A stretch of 64,000 nt of DNA from Minisyncoccota bacterium. Its GTDB lineage: Bacteria > Patescibacteriota > Minisyncoccia > UBA6257 > GWB1-50-10. The notes under the pieces were generated by a model, which was not told the origin of the DNA, searched no databases, and saw nothing but the letters and a program-made list of their open reading frames with translations. Of the stretch, positions 1-9,400 are shown in pieces. Each line of letters opens with the position of its first letter. The first letter of the stretch is position 1. A program made the position numbers and the translations under genes. The DNA lies in NCBI GenBank assembly GCA_035573955.1, contig DATLZO010000019.1, forward strand, positions 161-64,160, written 5' to 3'.

Positions 1-199
1 GGCCTGTTTTTGGTTGGTGCAGTATTCTTAAATTAGTCCAAACGCATTTTAGCGAGAACCCCCCGCGAATTCAGAAACGGCTTAGGCCTTATTTTTAAAC
101 AAGAGATATAACTAGAAACACGGTCAAAAAGCGAGATTTTACGCTTGTTTTTAGCCATCCGTATGGTAAAATTAAAGAGCCCCAAGCCTGGGCTTTTTT

Positions 200-2131
200 A
201 TGTCTGACAATCGGGAAAAACCTAAAAACAACTCCTATACTGCCGAGGACATTTATGTTCTTGAAGGCCTAGAACCGGTCAGGAAACGGCCGGGGATGTA
301 TATCGGTTCCACAGGAACCGACGGTCTTCATCACCTTATTTGGGAGGTAGTTGATAACTCAATTGACGAGGTGATGGCCGGTTTTGCCAAGAGAGTGAAG
401 GTGGAGATTCTGAAAGGAAACCGGATAGCGGTTGAGGATGACGGCCGCGGCATCCCTGTTGATATTCACAAGCAAACTAAGAAATCGGCCCTCGAAACTG
501 TTTTGACCACTCTCCACGCCGGAGCGAAATTCGGCGGCGAGTCCTACAAAGTGGCTGGCGGCTTGCACGGCGTCGGAGTTTCCGTTGTTAATGCACTCTC
601 AAAATGGTTGCGTGTGGAGGTTTGCCGCGAAGGCTCGCTTTATTCCCAGGAGTACGAGTATGGCCGGCCGAAAACGAAGGTTAAGAAGGAAGGGAGTTGC
701 AAGCGGAACGGCACGAAGGTGATTTTCGACGCCGATCCGGAGATATTTCAAAAGACTGAATATGATTTCAAAAGAATAGTTGACCATCTCCGCCAGCAAG
801 CTTATCTCACCAAGGGGGTGCGAATTGAGATCGTCGACAACCGCGGTAATGAGCCAATTTATTACGGCTTTTGTTTCCAGGGAGGTTTGAACTCGTACGT
901 GAAATACCTAGCAGGCGACGCTAAACTTATTCAGAACAAGTTCTTTTATGTCCACAAGAACGCGGACGGTGTTGATGTCGAGGTCTCATTCGTCTATTCG
1001 GATGACACCGAGACAAAGGAGATGAGTTTCGCAAACAATATCTATACCGCTGACGGCGGAATGCACTTGACCGGTTTTCGTTCGGCGCTCACCAGATCAC
1101 TAAACGACTACGCTCGCAGCGGAGGTTATCTTAAGGAATCCGACGAGAATTTGACCGGCGACGACGTGCGAGAAGGTTTAATCGCCGCGATATCGGTGAA
1201 GATATTGAACAGCAAACTACAATTTGAGGGTCAGACCAAAGCCCGGCTTGGCAACCCCGAGGCGCGGACAGCGGTCGAGACGGTGGTCTCGGAAGCGCTG
1301 AAGGAATTCCTGGAACGAGAGGGGTCGGATGCCCGGCGGGTCATTGAGAAAAATCTCCTCGCCGCTAAGGCGAGGATAGCCGCGAAGGCTGCCAAGGAAA
1401 CTGTTCTCCGCAAAGGCGCTTTTGAGGGACTTACCTTGCCCGGCAAGCTCGCCGACTGCTCATCACGGCATCCGGAGGAATCTGAACTTTTTATAGTTGA
1501 AGGCGACTCGGCCGGTGGCTCGGCAAAATCTGGCCGCGATCGGCGGACACAGGCCATTCTACCGCTCCGAGGCAAGATTTTGAACGTGGAAAAGTCCCGT
1601 ATCGATAAGATGCTTTTGAATAAGGAGATCAAATCGCTCGTCATCGCTCTTGGCACTGCTATCTCCGACAATTTTAATATAAGCAAGCTCCGCTATCACA
1701 AGATAATACTAATGACCGATGCGGATGTGGACGGTGCCCATATCCGAACGCTGCTTCTCACGCTTTTCTACCGCTATTTCCCGCAGATTATCGAGTGTGG
1801 TCATCTCTATATTGCTCAGCCGCCGCTCTTTCGTCTCCAGAAGGGGAAGGACGTACGCTACGCCTATAGCGACCGGGAACGCGACGCGATAATGAAAATG
1901 ATGGGCGGCGATAACGTGGGTGTCCAACGCTATAAAGGTTTGGGCGAGATGAACCCGTCCCAACTTTGGGAGACAACGATGGACCCCTCCGTTCGTCTCC
2001 TAAAAAAAGTGGAGGTGGAAGATGCGGTTGAGGCTGATAGGCTCTTTGATATTCTGATGGGCAGCGAAGTCGAGCCGCGCAAGAACTTTATCCAAGCTCA
2101 CGCCACTTCGGTGAAGAACCTTGACGTTTGA
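200..2131 (+). CDS. gyrB: DNA gyrase subunit B
   Basis: N-terminus YTAEDIYVLEGLEPVRKRPGMYIGST, GHKL ATPase and TOPRIM motifs (ILMTDADVDGAHI); 643 aa. Confidence 0.93.
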   Translation: MSDNREKPKNNSYTAEDIYVLEGLEPVRKRPGMYIGSTGTDGLHHLIWEVVDNSIDEVMAGFAKRVKVEILKGNRIAVEDDGRGIPVDIHKQTKKSALETVLTTLHAGAKFGGESYKVAGGLHGVGVSVVNALSKWLRVEVCREGSLYSQEYEYGRPKTKVKKEGSCKRNGTKVIFDADPEIFQKTEYDFKRIVDHLRQQAYLTKGVRIEIVDNRGNEPIYYGFCFQGGLNSYVKYLAGDAKLIQNKFFYVHKNADGVDVEVSFVYSDDTETKEMSFANNIYTADGGMHLTGFRSALTRSLNDYARSGGYLKESDENLTGDDVREGLIAAISVKILNSKLQFEGQTKARLGNPEARTAVETVVSEALKEFLEREGSDARRVIEKNLLAAKARIAAKAAKETVLRKGAFEGLTLPGKLADCSSRHPEESELFIVEGDSAGGSAKSGRDRRTQAILPLRGKILNVEKSRIDKMLLNKEIKSLVIALGTAISDNFNISKLRYHKIILMTDADVDGAHIRTLLLTLFYRYFPQIIECGHLYIAQPPLFRLQKGKDVRYAYSDRERDAIMKMMGGDNVGVQRYKGLGEMNPSQLWETTMDPSVRLLKKVEVEDAVEADRLFDILMGSEVEPRKNFIQAHATSVKNLDV

Positions 2132-2158
2132 ACCGCAAATCAAGCAGAATAAGACAAT

Positions 2159-2344
2159 ATGGTTGGTAAAATAAAGAAATTCTTTGAGGAATCAAGGCGC
2201 GAGTTCAAGCGGGTCAATTGGCCGAGTAGAGCCGAGACTGTCCGTTACACGCTTTTTGTGATAGTCTTTTCACTTGTTCTTTCCGTTTTCCTCGGGTTTC
2301 TTGATTTCGCATTTCTGAAAGCGCTTGAAGACGCAATTATTTGA
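2159..2344 (+). CDS. secE: preprotein translocase subunit SecE
   Basis: 61 aa single-TM protein, KIKKFFEESRREFKRVNWPSR motif; sits immediately upstream of nusG. Confidence 0.8.
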   Translation: MVGKIKKFFEESRREFKRVNWPSRAETVRYTLFVIVFSLVLSVFLGFLDFAFLKALEDAII

Positions 2345-2347
2345 AAC

Positions 2348-2887
2348 ATGACTGAGGCTAAGAACAGGCATTGGTACGCTATCCACACTTACGCCGGCTA
2401 CGAGGATGCTGTTTCCCGCTACCTAAAGCAGCGGATAGAGTCACTTGCAATGACAGATAAGATATTCAACGTCATTGTGCCGAAAGAGGTAAAGATAAAA
2501 GTAAAGAGCGGCAAGCGGCACAAAGTGGAGGAGAAGATTTACCCCGGTTACGTCCTGGTGGATATGGTGCTCGACAATGATTCCTGGTACGTCGTCCGCA
2601 ACACGCCGCGCGTCACCGGTTTCGTTGGCGCATCAGCTGCTAAACCCGCTCCACTCTCCAAGGAAGAGGTGGACGAGCTTATGGCCCGGATGGGCGAGGC
2701 CGAGCCTCGTTTCAAGCTTGACTTGAAAGTCGGCGAGACTGTAAAAATCATTGACGGTCCCTTTAAGGATCATGACGGGAAAATCGCCGAATTGGACGAC
2801 GAGAGGGGAAAGGTGAAGGTTCTTGTGCCGGTCTTTGGTCGCGACACAATGGTGGAGCTCGATACGCTCCAAGTTCAGAAAATATGA
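2348..2887 (+). CDS. nusG: transcription termination/antitermination factor NusG
   Basis: NGN domain ([11 protein letters not shown]) plus C-terminal KOW ([18 protein letters not shown]); secE-nusG-rplK synteny. Confidence 0.9.
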   Translation: MTEAKNRHWYAIHTYAGYEDAVSRYLKQRIESLAMTDKIFNVIVPKEVKIKVKSGKRHKVEEKIYPGYVLVDMVLDNDSWYVVRNTPRVTGFVGASAAKPAPLSKEEVDELMARMGEAEPRFKLDLKVGETVKIIDGPFKDHDGKIAELDDERGKVKVLVPVFGRDTMVELDTLQVQKI

Positions 2888-2891
2888 AACA

Positions 2892-3314
2892 ATGGCTAAA
2901 CCTATAAAAACTGTTTTAAAGCTTCAACTGCCGGCTGGAGCGGCCAATCCTGCTCCACCCGTGGGTACCGCTTTAGGTCCCCACGGCGTGAATATCGGTC
3001 TTTTCTGCCAGCAGTTTAACGAGGCGACGAAAGCGATGGCCGGCGATATCATTCCGGCGGAGATTACGATCTATGAAGACCGGAGTTTTGATTTTAAACT
3101 GAAGACCCCTCCCGCTTCAGCTCTTTTAAAGAAAGCTGCTGGCATCGAGAAGGGATCGGCCGAACCGCACAAGACTAAAGTGGGTAAGGTGACGAAGGCA
3201 CAAATCCGCGAGATAGCTGAGAAGAAAATGGCGGACCTAAACGCAGCGACTATAGAAGCTGCCGAAAAGATAATCGAAGGAACTGCAAGGAACATGGGCA
3301 TCACCGTTGAGTGA
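2892..3314 (+). CDS. rplK: 50S ribosomal protein L11
   Basis: [34 protein letters not shown]; start trimmed from ORF-track 2823 to the ATG at 2892. Confidence 0.92.
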   Translation: MAKPIKTVLKLQLPAGAANPAPPVGTALGPHGVNIGLFCQQFNEATKAMAGDIIPAEITIYEDRSFDFKLKTPPASALLKKAAGIEKGSAEPHKTKVGKVTKAQIREIAEKKMADLNAATIEAAEKIIEGTARNMGITVE

Positions 3315-4173
3315 TGCCCATGTTAGTATTAAGGGGTTTATGAAGCAGTATCTTGACGTACTCAGAGAAATTCTTGAGCGCGGTGTAGATAGGCCGAACC
3401 GAACCGGCATTGATTCACGGGCGATTTTTCTGAAACCGATGCGTTTCGACATGCGGGAAGGATTCCCCGCAGTGACGACGAAAAAACTTGCGTTCAATGC
3501 GGTGAAATCAGAGCTTTTATGGTTTCTCGAAGGCAGTTCGGATGACAATCGCTTGAAGGAACTTGTCGGCAGCGACAAAACCATTTGGACTGCCAATGCT
3601 CAATCCGATTATTGGAAGCCGAAAGCGAAGTTTAATGGAGACCTAGGCAGAATTTATGGCGTGCAATGGCGTTCGTGGCGCGCTCCCGACGGTAGGGAAA
3701 TAGATCAGATTGCAGAAGTTATTGAAAAAATAAAAAAGAGTCCTTATGACCGCCGCCTCATTGTTACTGCTTGGAATCCCGGCGAGCTTGATCAGATGGC
3801 TCTTCCTCCCTGTCATATGTTTTACCAGTTTTTTGTGACGCCTCAAAAAGAGCTTGACCTTGCCATGTATCAGCGAAGCTGCGATATGTTCCTCGGCGTG
3901 CCTTTCAATATCGCATCTTATGCGCTTCTCCTCCACATGGTGGCGCATGTTACGAGTCTTACGCCGCGCGAGCTTATTCTTGTTCTTGCCGACGCTCATA
4001 TTTATCACAACCATTTCAAACAAGTTAAAGAACAGCTAGAGCGTGAGCCTTTTCCTCTTCCAAAACTTTGGCTTAACCCGGAGGTGAAAGATATAGACGA
4101 GTTTGAACTGGATGATATCAAACTTGTTGATTATAAATATCATCCGCCCATAAAAGCAGAAATGGCCGTTTGA
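3307..4173 (+). CDS. thyA: thymidylate synthase
   Basis: [38 protein letters not shown] active-site region; MKQYL alternative start at 3340. Confidence 0.92.
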   Translation: MSDAHVSIKGFMKQYLDVLREILERGVDRPNRTGIDSRAIFLKPMRFDMREGFPAVTTKKLAFNAVKSELLWFLEGSSDDNRLKELVGSDKTIWTANAQSDYWKPKAKFNGDLGRIYGVQWRSWRAPDGREIDQIAEVIEKIKKSPYDRRLIVTAWNPGELDQMALPPCHMFYQFFVTPQKELDLAMYQRSCDMFLGVPFNIASYALLLHMVAHVTSLTPRELILVLADAHIYHNHFKQVKEQLEREPFPLPKLWLNPEVKDIDEFELDDIKLVDYKYHPPIKAEMAV

Positions 4174-4187
4174 AGACGGGAATAAAG

Positions 4188-4697
4188 ATGATCATTTCCA
4201 TCATCGTGGCAATGGATAAGAGAGGCGTTATCGGCAAGGATTCGAAAGGCCTGCCGTGGCATTTGCCTGCCGATCTCAAACATTTCAAGGAAGTTACCGC
4301 CGGCAAGCCGGTTATAATGGGGCGGGTGACATTCAATACTATTGGGAAACCGCTTCCCGGCAGGCGGAATATTGTTATGACGCGCGACACCGATTTTTCC
4401 GCCCAAGGCGTTGAAGTAGTGAATGGGGTAGACGAAGTGTTAGAAAAAGTGAGAGATGCGGAAGAAGTGATGGTTATCGGCGGCGGGAGCGTTTATAAAC
4501 AGTTTTTGCCGCTCGCAAACCGTGCCTACATTACCCGTGTTGAAGGGGAGTTTGAAGGAAATGTTTATTTTCCCGAAGTAAACTGGAACGAATGGACGGA
4601 GATTACTCGCGAGCACCACAAGCCGGACGAAGAGAATCCTTATCCTTATATTTTCCTCACTTATGAGAAAAAGAGCTTGAATAGTGCCTTTTCGTAA
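4188..4697 (+). CDS. folA: dihydrofolate reductase
   Basis: MIISIIVAMDKRGVIGKDSKGLPWHLPADLKHFKEVTAGKPVIMGRVTF; classic thyA-folA pairing. Confidence 0.9.
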   Translation: MIISIIVAMDKRGVIGKDSKGLPWHLPADLKHFKEVTAGKPVIMGRVTFNTIGKPLPGRRNIVMTRDTDFSAQGVEVVNGVDEVLEKVRDAEEVMVIGGGSVYKQFLPLANRAYITRVEGEFEGNVYFPEVNWNEWTEITREHHKPDEENPYPYIFLTYEKKSLNSAFS

Positions 4698-4713
4698 CCT
4701 ATAATTCACGCCA

Positions 4714-5262
4714 ATGCTTAAACCGGACCACCATATCAGAAAATTGGCGCGGGCGGGAATGATCGACCCTTTTGAAGAGAAACTCGTCCGCGAAGGAGTG
4801 GTTTCTTACGGGCTTTCTTCTTTCGGTTATGATATTCGTCTTGCCGATGAATTTAAGGTATTCACGAATGTTTATTCAACAATCGTTGACCCCAAAAACT
4901 TTGATCCAAAGAGTTTTATTGAAGCTAAAGGGGATTATTGTCTTATCCCGCCCAATTCTTTTATTCTCTCCCGAAGTTACGAATACATTAAGATGCCGAA
5001 GAACGTCTTTGCGATTTGTCTCGGCAAGTCCACCTACGCCCGCTGCGGGTTGATTGTGAATGTGACGCCGCTCGAGCCGGGTTGGGAAGGCCATATTACG
5101 ATTGAAATTTCCAATACCACCCCTTTACCGGCTAAGGTATATGCCAATGAAGGTATTGCACAGCTTATTTTTCTGGAAGGTGAGGAACAGCCGGAGGTCA
5201 CTTACGATTCCCGAAAAGGGAAGTATCAAGGGCAGCGTGGCATTCAGCCGCCAAAAATCTAA
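4714..5262 (+). CDS. dcd: dCTP deaminase
   Basis: [13 protein letters not shown] and [15 protein letters not shown] motifs of the Dcd/dUTPase fold. Confidence 0.88.
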   Translation: MLKPDHHIRKLARAGMIDPFEEKLVREGVVSYGLSSFGYDIRLADEFKVFTNVYSTIVDPKNFDPKSFIEAKGDYCLIPPNSFILSRSYEYIKMPKNVFAICLGKSTYARCGLIVNVTPLEPGWEGHITIEISNTTPLPAKVYANEGIAQLIFLEGEEQPEVTYDSRKGKYQGQRGIQPPKI

Positions 5263-5264
5263 TA

Positions 5265-5960
5265 GTGTCAAAAAAGGGAAAGCTTATCGTAATAGACGGC
5301 ATTGACGGATCAGGAAAGGCTACGCAGACGGCTCTTTTAGAAAAGCGATTGCGGAAAGAAGGCGTCAAAGTTAAGAAAATTGACTTTCCCAGATATTACG
5401 ATAATTTTTTTGGCAAACTCTTGGGGAAGTGTTTAGCCGGTGAATTCGGTGATTTTACAAAAGTGGATTCCCGGATTGCTTCCGTTTTATATGCCGCCGA
5501 TAGATTTGAATCAAGCGGCAGCATGCGAAAATGGCTTTCGGAGGGGTATGTAGTTTTGGCCGACAGATATGTAAGCGCGAATCAAATTCATCAGGGAGGG
5601 AAAATTCATTCTCCGGCCGAAAGGAAAAAGTTTTTAGATTGGCTTGATGTTATGGAGCATGGCGTGTTTGGAATTCCTCGCCCTGATTTAGTGATTTATT
5701 TGGATGTCCCCTATGAGGTAAGCCGGGAATGGCTCAAGAACAAAGTGGCTGGATGGAAAAGGAGGTATTTGAACGGTAGGAAGGATGTAGCAGAAGATAA
5801 CCTGGTTTACTTGCGTGATTCGCGAGCAAGCGCTTTGGATTTAGTGAAAAGGAACAAAAACTGGCATAAAATCACCTGCTGCAAAGGGATGATTTGCATG
5901 CTGCCGGAAGAGATTCACGAAAGAGTTTTCAAATTAGTGATGAGAAAATTGAAGGTTTAG
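5265..5960 (+). CDS. tmk: thymidylate kinase
   Basis: KLIVIDGIDGSGKATQTALL P-loop, DRYVSANQIH LID region. Confidence 0.88.
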   Translation: MSKKGKLIVIDGIDGSGKATQTALLEKRLRKEGVKVKKIDFPRYYDNFFGKLLGKCLAGEFGDFTKVDSRIASVLYAADRFESSGSMRKWLSEGYVVLADRYVSANQIHQGGKIHSPAERKKFLDWLDVMEHGVFGIPRPDLVIYLDVPYEVSREWLKNKVAGWKRRYLNGRKDVAEDNLVYLRDSRASALDLVKRNKNWHKITCCKGMICMLPEEIHERVFKLVMRKLKV

Positions 5961-6528
5961 ATTTTTTGAAAAACAGGACAGCATTTTGCTGTTCCGATCG
6001 ACCGGCGTCGGTTTGTTTGGTGTATCCCTTGAATATAAAGAGGCGGCGGCTTGAACCTCCGTACCTCAAATTCTCCCTTGAAGTGGAGATAAATTTGTGG
6101 AAGACCCAACCGACGGTTAGGTTAAAAATTTCAATGTCGCCGGGAATAAACACCTTGGTTCATCTTTTGTCTCGGCGAGGGTGATAGTTTTATCAATAGT
6201 TACGGCGGTGGGGCGTTCGGAAATACGGTAAAAATGATCTCCAAGAAAACACTATTGCCGTGCGTTTTTTAAACACACGGCGGCGACCGTTCCGGGAAGA
6301 TTCGCCTCCATTTTAAGTTTTGCGACCGACGATGACGACTTTATCCGGCTACGGGAATAAAGGGGGCAAGTCGATTGCCGTCTCGGGAGCACTGCTCGTT
6401 TGTCCGATGAAGCTGTTCACCGTCGCCGTCACGACTAGGGAAATATTGATCATAAATGATTCTTTGTGGAATGCCGTTTGGGTTATTATTCTTTTGGAGT
6501 AGGTATTCAAGTGTTGTAATATTAAATC

Positions 6529-7959
6529 ATGTATCTTCCGACGATAGGCTTGGAAATTCACGTAGAACTGAAGACGAAGACGAAAATGTTCTGCTCTTGT
6601 CCGAACGAACCGGATGAAAAACACCCCAACACGAATGTTTGTCCAATTTGCTTGGGACATCCTGGAACGCTCCCGGTTGCAAACAGAGAGGCGATAATTT
6701 CGGTCGTGAAATTCGGCCTCGCCGTCAATGGGCGCATTGCTGAACATTCGCATTTCGACAGAAAGAGTTATTTCTATCCGGATTTGCCGAAGGGATACCA
6801 AATATCTCAGTACGAACGGCCGCTTGTCGAAGGGGGAACACTCTGCGGCGTGCGTATCCGCCGGGTGCATCTTGAGGAGGATACCGGTCGTCTTCTCCAT
6901 TCTTCAACAGATTCAGGGCAAGCGAATTACTCACTTGTCGATTTTAACCGTGCAGGCGTCCCATTAATGGAACTTGTGACCGAGCCGGATATAAAGAACG
7001 CCGAGGAAGCAGTTGCATTTGCCCGCGAACTTCGCCTTATTCTACGTTATCTCGGTGTTTCGGACGCCGATATGGAAAAGGGGCATATGCGAATAGAGGC
7101 TAACGTGAGTTTGGGCAAGGGGGGAGAGCTCGGCACGAAGGTTGAAGTGAAGAATATTAATTCCTTCAAGGCGGTCCATGATGCTATTGCCTACGAAATA
7201 TCAAGGCAGGAAAAGGCACTGACGGATGGTAAGAAAATACGCCAGGAAACAAGGGGTTGGAACGAGACGGAAGGCGTGACTGAGAGTCAGCGAAGCAAGG
7301 AAGAAGCGCATGATTACCGCTATTTCCCCGAGCCGGATTTACCCCCCCTAGATTTGCGGGAATTTAACATCAAAGAACTGAAAGCAGAAATTCCAGAGTT
7401 GCCTGAGGCGAAACGACAGAGATTTATTGGTGAATACGGATTGAACAAAGAGCAGGTGGAAACACTTGTTGAAGACAAGCGTGCGGCTGATTTCTTTGAG
7501 GAGGCGATAAGCGAATTAAAAGCCAAATTACCAATTACTAATTACCAAACACTATTGAACTATTTCACAAGCGATCTCAAGGGTCTAATGAACGAACACG
7601 GCACGTCAATTGATGACTTACGCATCAAGCCGGAGCACTTGGCGCATTTGGTAGCAATGGTGGGGGGAGAAAAATTGTCCAGCCGTTTGGCTAAAGATTT
7701 GCTAGGGAAAATGTTTGAAACAGGTGAGGACCCGGAGAGTTTGATTGAGTCAGAGAAGATAACTTTCATTTCTGCAGAAGCTGAGCTCCGCGAGGTCGCG
7801 AAAGCGATAATAGATGAGAACCCGAGACCAGTTGAGGATTACCGAAAAGGGAAAACCGCGGCTCTCCAGGCCTTGGTCGGTAGGGCGATGGCTAAGACAA
7901 AGGGTCAGGCCGACCCGGAAGTGTTAGCTAAAGTTCTCAAAGAAATTCTGGAAAAGTAG
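6529..7959 (+). CDS. gatB: Asp-tRNA(Asn)/Glu-tRNA(Gln) amidotransferase subunit B
   Basis: YLPTIGLEIHVELKTKTKMFCSCPNE, FDRKSYFYPDLPKGYQISQ; 476 aa. Confidence 0.93.
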   Translation: MYLPTIGLEIHVELKTKTKMFCSCPNEPDEKHPNTNVCPICLGHPGTLPVANREAIISVVKFGLAVNGRIAEHSHFDRKSYFYPDLPKGYQISQYERPLVEGGTLCGVRIRRVHLEEDTGRLLHSSTDSGQANYSLVDFNRAGVPLMELVTEPDIKNAEEAVAFARELRLILRYLGVSDADMEKGHMRIEANVSLGKGGELGTKVEVKNINSFKAVHDAIAYEISRQEKALTDGKKIRQETRGWNETEGVTESQRSKEEAHDYRYFPEPDLPPLDLREFNIKELKAEIPELPEAKRQRFIGEYGLNKEQVETLVEDKRAADFFEEAISELKAKLPITNYQTLLNYFTSDLKGLMNEHGTSIDDLRIKPEHLAHLVAMVGGEKLSSRLAKDLLGKMFETGEDPESLIESEKITFISAEAELREVAKAIIDENPRPVEDYRKGKTAALQALVGRAMAKTKGQADPEVLAKVLKEILEK

Positions 7960-7991
7960 ATGAAGCATACTTACGTATGCCACCATCGTTT

Positions 7992-8879
7992 TTAATCGAG
8001 AAACATCCTTATTAATTTTTCTGCTTCTCTTTCGTTTTGAACCCAGTGGATGTTGGGTTGCATTTTGAACCAGGTGATTTGGCGGCGGGCGTAGTGACGG
8101 GAATTCTTTTTGATTTCCTCTATCGCTCTCTCTAAAGTGATTTCACCGCGGAGATATGTGAGCAATTCTTTGTAGCCGATGGTATTGCGGAGTGCGTAAG
8201 CATTCTCGCCGTATTTTTTAACCAAATTTTTTACTTCGTTTACCAGTCCCATTTTAATCTGCCCGTCAATTCTTTTCCCAATCCGTTTATAAAGTTCTTT
8301 GCGTGGGATTTTGATTCCGATTTGCAGCGCATCCCAGAGCGGACTGCCCTTCAGGCGTTGTGAAGAGAAGTTGTTCCCAGTTTTTAATATCACTTCAAGC
8401 GCTCTTATCACGCGGCGCTTGTTTTGACCTGTGATCCGCGCTGCTTCGGGATCAAATTCACTGAGCTTGCGCTGAAGCTCTTCGAGCGGTGTCTTTTCCA
8501 ATTTTTCGCGCAAACCTTTATCGATTTTCACCGCCGGTATCTTCAAATTTTCCAGGATGGCCTTGGTGTAAAGACCGGTTCCGCCGACTAGGATCGGTAG
8601 ACGACCCCTTTTCAGTATCTCTCGGATCCTAGCCTCGGCCGCTTTTTTGTGTTTCAGTGCACTCCAAACTGTTTTTGGCGAGACCGTGTCAATGAGAAAT
8701 TGGGGATAACTCGCGTCTTTAGCTGTGCCGATGTCCATTCCTTTATAAATCTGGCGGGAATCGGCGGAAATTAGCTCGCCGCGGAACCTTTTGGCGAGCC
8801 GAATGGCGAGCCCGGTTTTACCCGAGGCGGTGGGGCCCACTATAGCGACAATTTTTGGTTTTTTATCTCGTTTTGACAA
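7992..8879 (-). CDS. miaA: tRNA dimethylallyltransferase
   Basis: IVAIVGPTASGKTGLAIRLAKRF P-loop, ISADSRQIYKGMDIGTAK. Confidence 0.9.
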   Translation of the reverse strand: MSKRDKKPKIVAIVGPTASGKTGLAIRLAKRFRGELISADSRQIYKGMDIGTAKDASYPQFLIDTVSPKTVWSALKHKKAAEARIREILKRGRLPILVGGTGLYTKAILENLKIPAVKIDKGLREKLEKTPLEELQRKLSEFDPEAARITGQNKRRVIRALEVILKTGNNFSSQRLKGSPLWDALQIGIKIPRKELYKRIGKRIDGQIKMGLVNEVKNLVKKYGENAYALRNTIGYKELLTYLRGEITLERAIEEIKKNSRHYARRQITWFKMQPNIHWVQNEREAEKLIRMFLD

Positions 8880-8935
8880 GGGTTTGGTTAAACCATATCA
8901 TTTTAGCGTAGTTCATCACATAAGGAGGTGGGTTA

Positions 8936-9354
8936 TGACGACCCGCAGGATAAGGAAGAAGTGGCGGAAGGAGGATTGGCTCGCGATTGTCGAAGGGATG
9001 ATCGAAGCGGTGGAGCGTTTCACCGGAAAAAAGGTCTTGAACAGCCGGGCGGTCGGGAAAGTCGCCAGTAATTTCCTCCACGGCAAGGACAATCACTTCA
9101 TCATCATGCCCCTCAGTATGGAAGGTGTGCAGAACAGCAACCTTCACTTCTTTTTCGAGCGTTGGCCTTTGAAGGCGACGCTTCAAATGGATGAAGGTTC
9201 CCTGAATTCCAAGGCGCTCGCTGCGGAATTCAAGAATTGCCGTTGTTCCCATCCGGAAATCGAAGTCTGTTTTCGAGAGGCAGGTTACGAGATGATGAAA
9301 AGCGAGCTTGTGTCCAAATCGACGCGGATTCCGCCCATCGCACCAAACTCCTAG
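8936..9354 (+). CDS. hypothetical protein (139 aa) with canonical SD; antiparallel insert between miaA and thrS
   Basis: ATG at 8936 preceded by AAGGAGGTG at 5-nt spacing; moderately GC-rich; own terminator downstream; no family recognised. Confidence 0.5.
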
Positions 9355-9360
9355 CACGAG

Positions 9361-9400
9361 GCCGAGCACCTGGAGAATGCCCGGCCTCTTCATTTTTCTA
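9361..9400 (+). terminator. rho-independent terminator for the 8936-9354 gene
   Basis: GAGGCCG...CGGCCTC stem followed by TTCATTTTT; overlaps the convergent thrS stop. Confidence 0.4.

Noticed and set aside
178-199. Hairpin AGCCC-CAAGCCT-GGGCT plus T-run immediately before the gyrB ATG, as a terminator of an upstream gene
   Set aside because: It could equally be a 5'UTR attenuator-like structure. The upstream gene lies outside the window, so no call was made.
6349-6900. 183-aa minus-strand ORF overlapping the 5' third of gatB
   Set aside because: It is antisense to a well-supported conserved gene. Only its tail (6349-6450) lies in the intergenic gap and shows no independent signals.
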